DNA of 64,000 nucleotides from Lama glama. Taxonomy: Eukaryota. The notes under the pieces are model-generated. The model was not told where the DNA came from. It saw nothing but the letters and a program-made list of their open reading frames with translations, and ran no database searches. Of the stretch, positions 62,485 through 64,000 are shown piece by piece. The stretch is from NCBI GenBank assembly GCA_028534125.1, contig CM052817.1, positions 95,916,001 to 95,980,000 of the forward strand, read 5' to 3'. The position numbers were made by a program, and so were the translations under genes. The first letter of the stretch is position 1, and every line of letters begins with the position of its first letter.

Positions 62485-63180
62485 AGTCAGAACAATCTTT
62501 CTAAAACTCAAATCTAATCACTCCATTCCCCTGTGGAAATTCTTCCTATTGCCCTTAGAATAAAGCCCTACATCCTCTTTACCAAGGCCCACGAGCCCCT
62601 GTGTGACTCGGCTACCCCTGTCTGCCTCAGCTTCATCTCAAGCCATTCTCCACTTCATTTTCTGAGCTCCAGGCACAAGGGCTTTCTTTCAGTTCTTTGG
62701 AAACATCATGGTCAGTCCTGTCTTAGGGCCTCTGAACATGGTGTTCTCTCTTACACAATGTTCTGCACTTAGGAAATTCCTACCATTGTTCAGATGTCAG
62801 CTTAAAAGTCAACTGCTCTGAGAAGCCTTCCCTGGCCTTCTGTCTTTGCCTCAAATCTAGTAGGTAATAATTACTACACGTCCCTATGTGTTAGGCATTG
62901 TGCCCAAATTCTTCACAACAACCCTATGAAGATGTAAAAATGAGTCCCAGGAAGATTAAGAAATATACCCAAGATCGCACAGCTTGTAAATGGTGGACAA
63001 GGAACTCACCGAGACGGCCCCCTGGTGGATTCTCTCTTCACACCCCATACTCTGTGGTTAATACTCATCACATAATCAGTTGCTTAATATTTGCTTTCCA
63101 CACCAGAATGTAACCTCCAGAAAGGGTGTCTGCAATGTTCACTAAGATACAAATGTTTCCTGTTGAATGAGTGAGTGCAT
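62485..63180 (+). mobile_element. L2 fragment interrupted by a minus-strand MIR (~62870-63010)
   Basis: ctttctaaaactcaaatctaatca...gcccttagaataaagccc...gagaagccttccctg...tgttgaatgagtgagt. Confidence 0.75.
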
Positions 63181-64000
63181 GATACACGGAGACATTTCTA
63201 ACACAAGGAGAAGAAAGGCTACCTACACATGCTCAGGATAAGTTGCTACCTATGCAATTAAAGCACTGAATTCAGAATGCATTTTGAAATAGGCATAATT
63301 TACTATTAAGTACTATATGACATCAAATCAAGTCCAAAGTAAAAATAATCTGAATGGGAAACATATGAAGATGTGTTAGGGAAAGGCAACACAGTGTGCA
63401 CATCTAACTCTGTATTGAAACCTACCACTAAGAGCAACTACTCAGAGTGCTTTTTGAAAATTCAGTTCTCTATAGTTTTCAGAGTAAGCTTAACAGCTCC
63501 CAACTCCGTGTCAAAGTATAAACACATTTAAAATCACATTGAAAAACTGCATATCATTACAGTAAAGCTATTTCAAAGAACCAGAGAAGATCTACCTCAA
63601 CGAATATAGCTAATCCTTGCATCTAAACAGTCAATATTACTTGTATTATATGTCAGGAAATCTAATCAGAATGATTGCAAATTTTCTAGAACTTAATATG
63701 TAAAGCCAATACCACTGGTTCTGGGGACTGGTCCAGGTTGGCCCTAGATTTCAAATTCTCATAATCTATGGTTATAACATGAATGGAAAACTGACTTAAG
63801 TATTTATTACAACATTTTACCTCTTTAAATCTTTCATCTACCTGTGCTACAATTGAGAAACAACATAACTAGGTCTTGTTTCATATTCTTCCTTTCTACT
63901 TTTCTATAACAAAGTGCTTAATGAGTATTGACACGGCCAAAGGCAGGAGGCAGCTTGCCATGAAAACATTTTCAAGGAGTATGAATATTATACGTGAAAT

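Overview
This is mammalian genomic DNA, most likely a camelid (alpaca, llama or camel), judged from three Vic-1-like tRNA-Ala-derived SINEs. The whole window lies inside the minus-strand gene SLC10A7. Four coding exons are resolved at base level with canonical GT-AG sites: 26439-26474 (36 nt), 12153-12236 (84 nt), 5367-5532 (166 nt) and 4348-4399 (52 nt). By recalled human structure these are exons 6-9, and they splice into one open frame, [21 protein letters not shown]...[11 protein letters not shown]...LILFI-ICSIQLSFMLLTFIFSTR. The rest is intron containing 5'-truncated L1s (many with visible target-site duplications, TSDs), old L1, L2 and MIR relics, solo LTRs, hAT/Tigger MITEs, microsatellites and three 500-N gaps. 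I found no convincing evidence of a new biological system. The best leads are modest: two candidate frameshifting cryptic exons, an apparent templated insertion in a MIR, an inverted L1 pair, an NRF1/E-box site and several repeat-free enhancer-like blocks. Repeat family names and orthologue comparisons come from recalled consensus sequences, not from searches.
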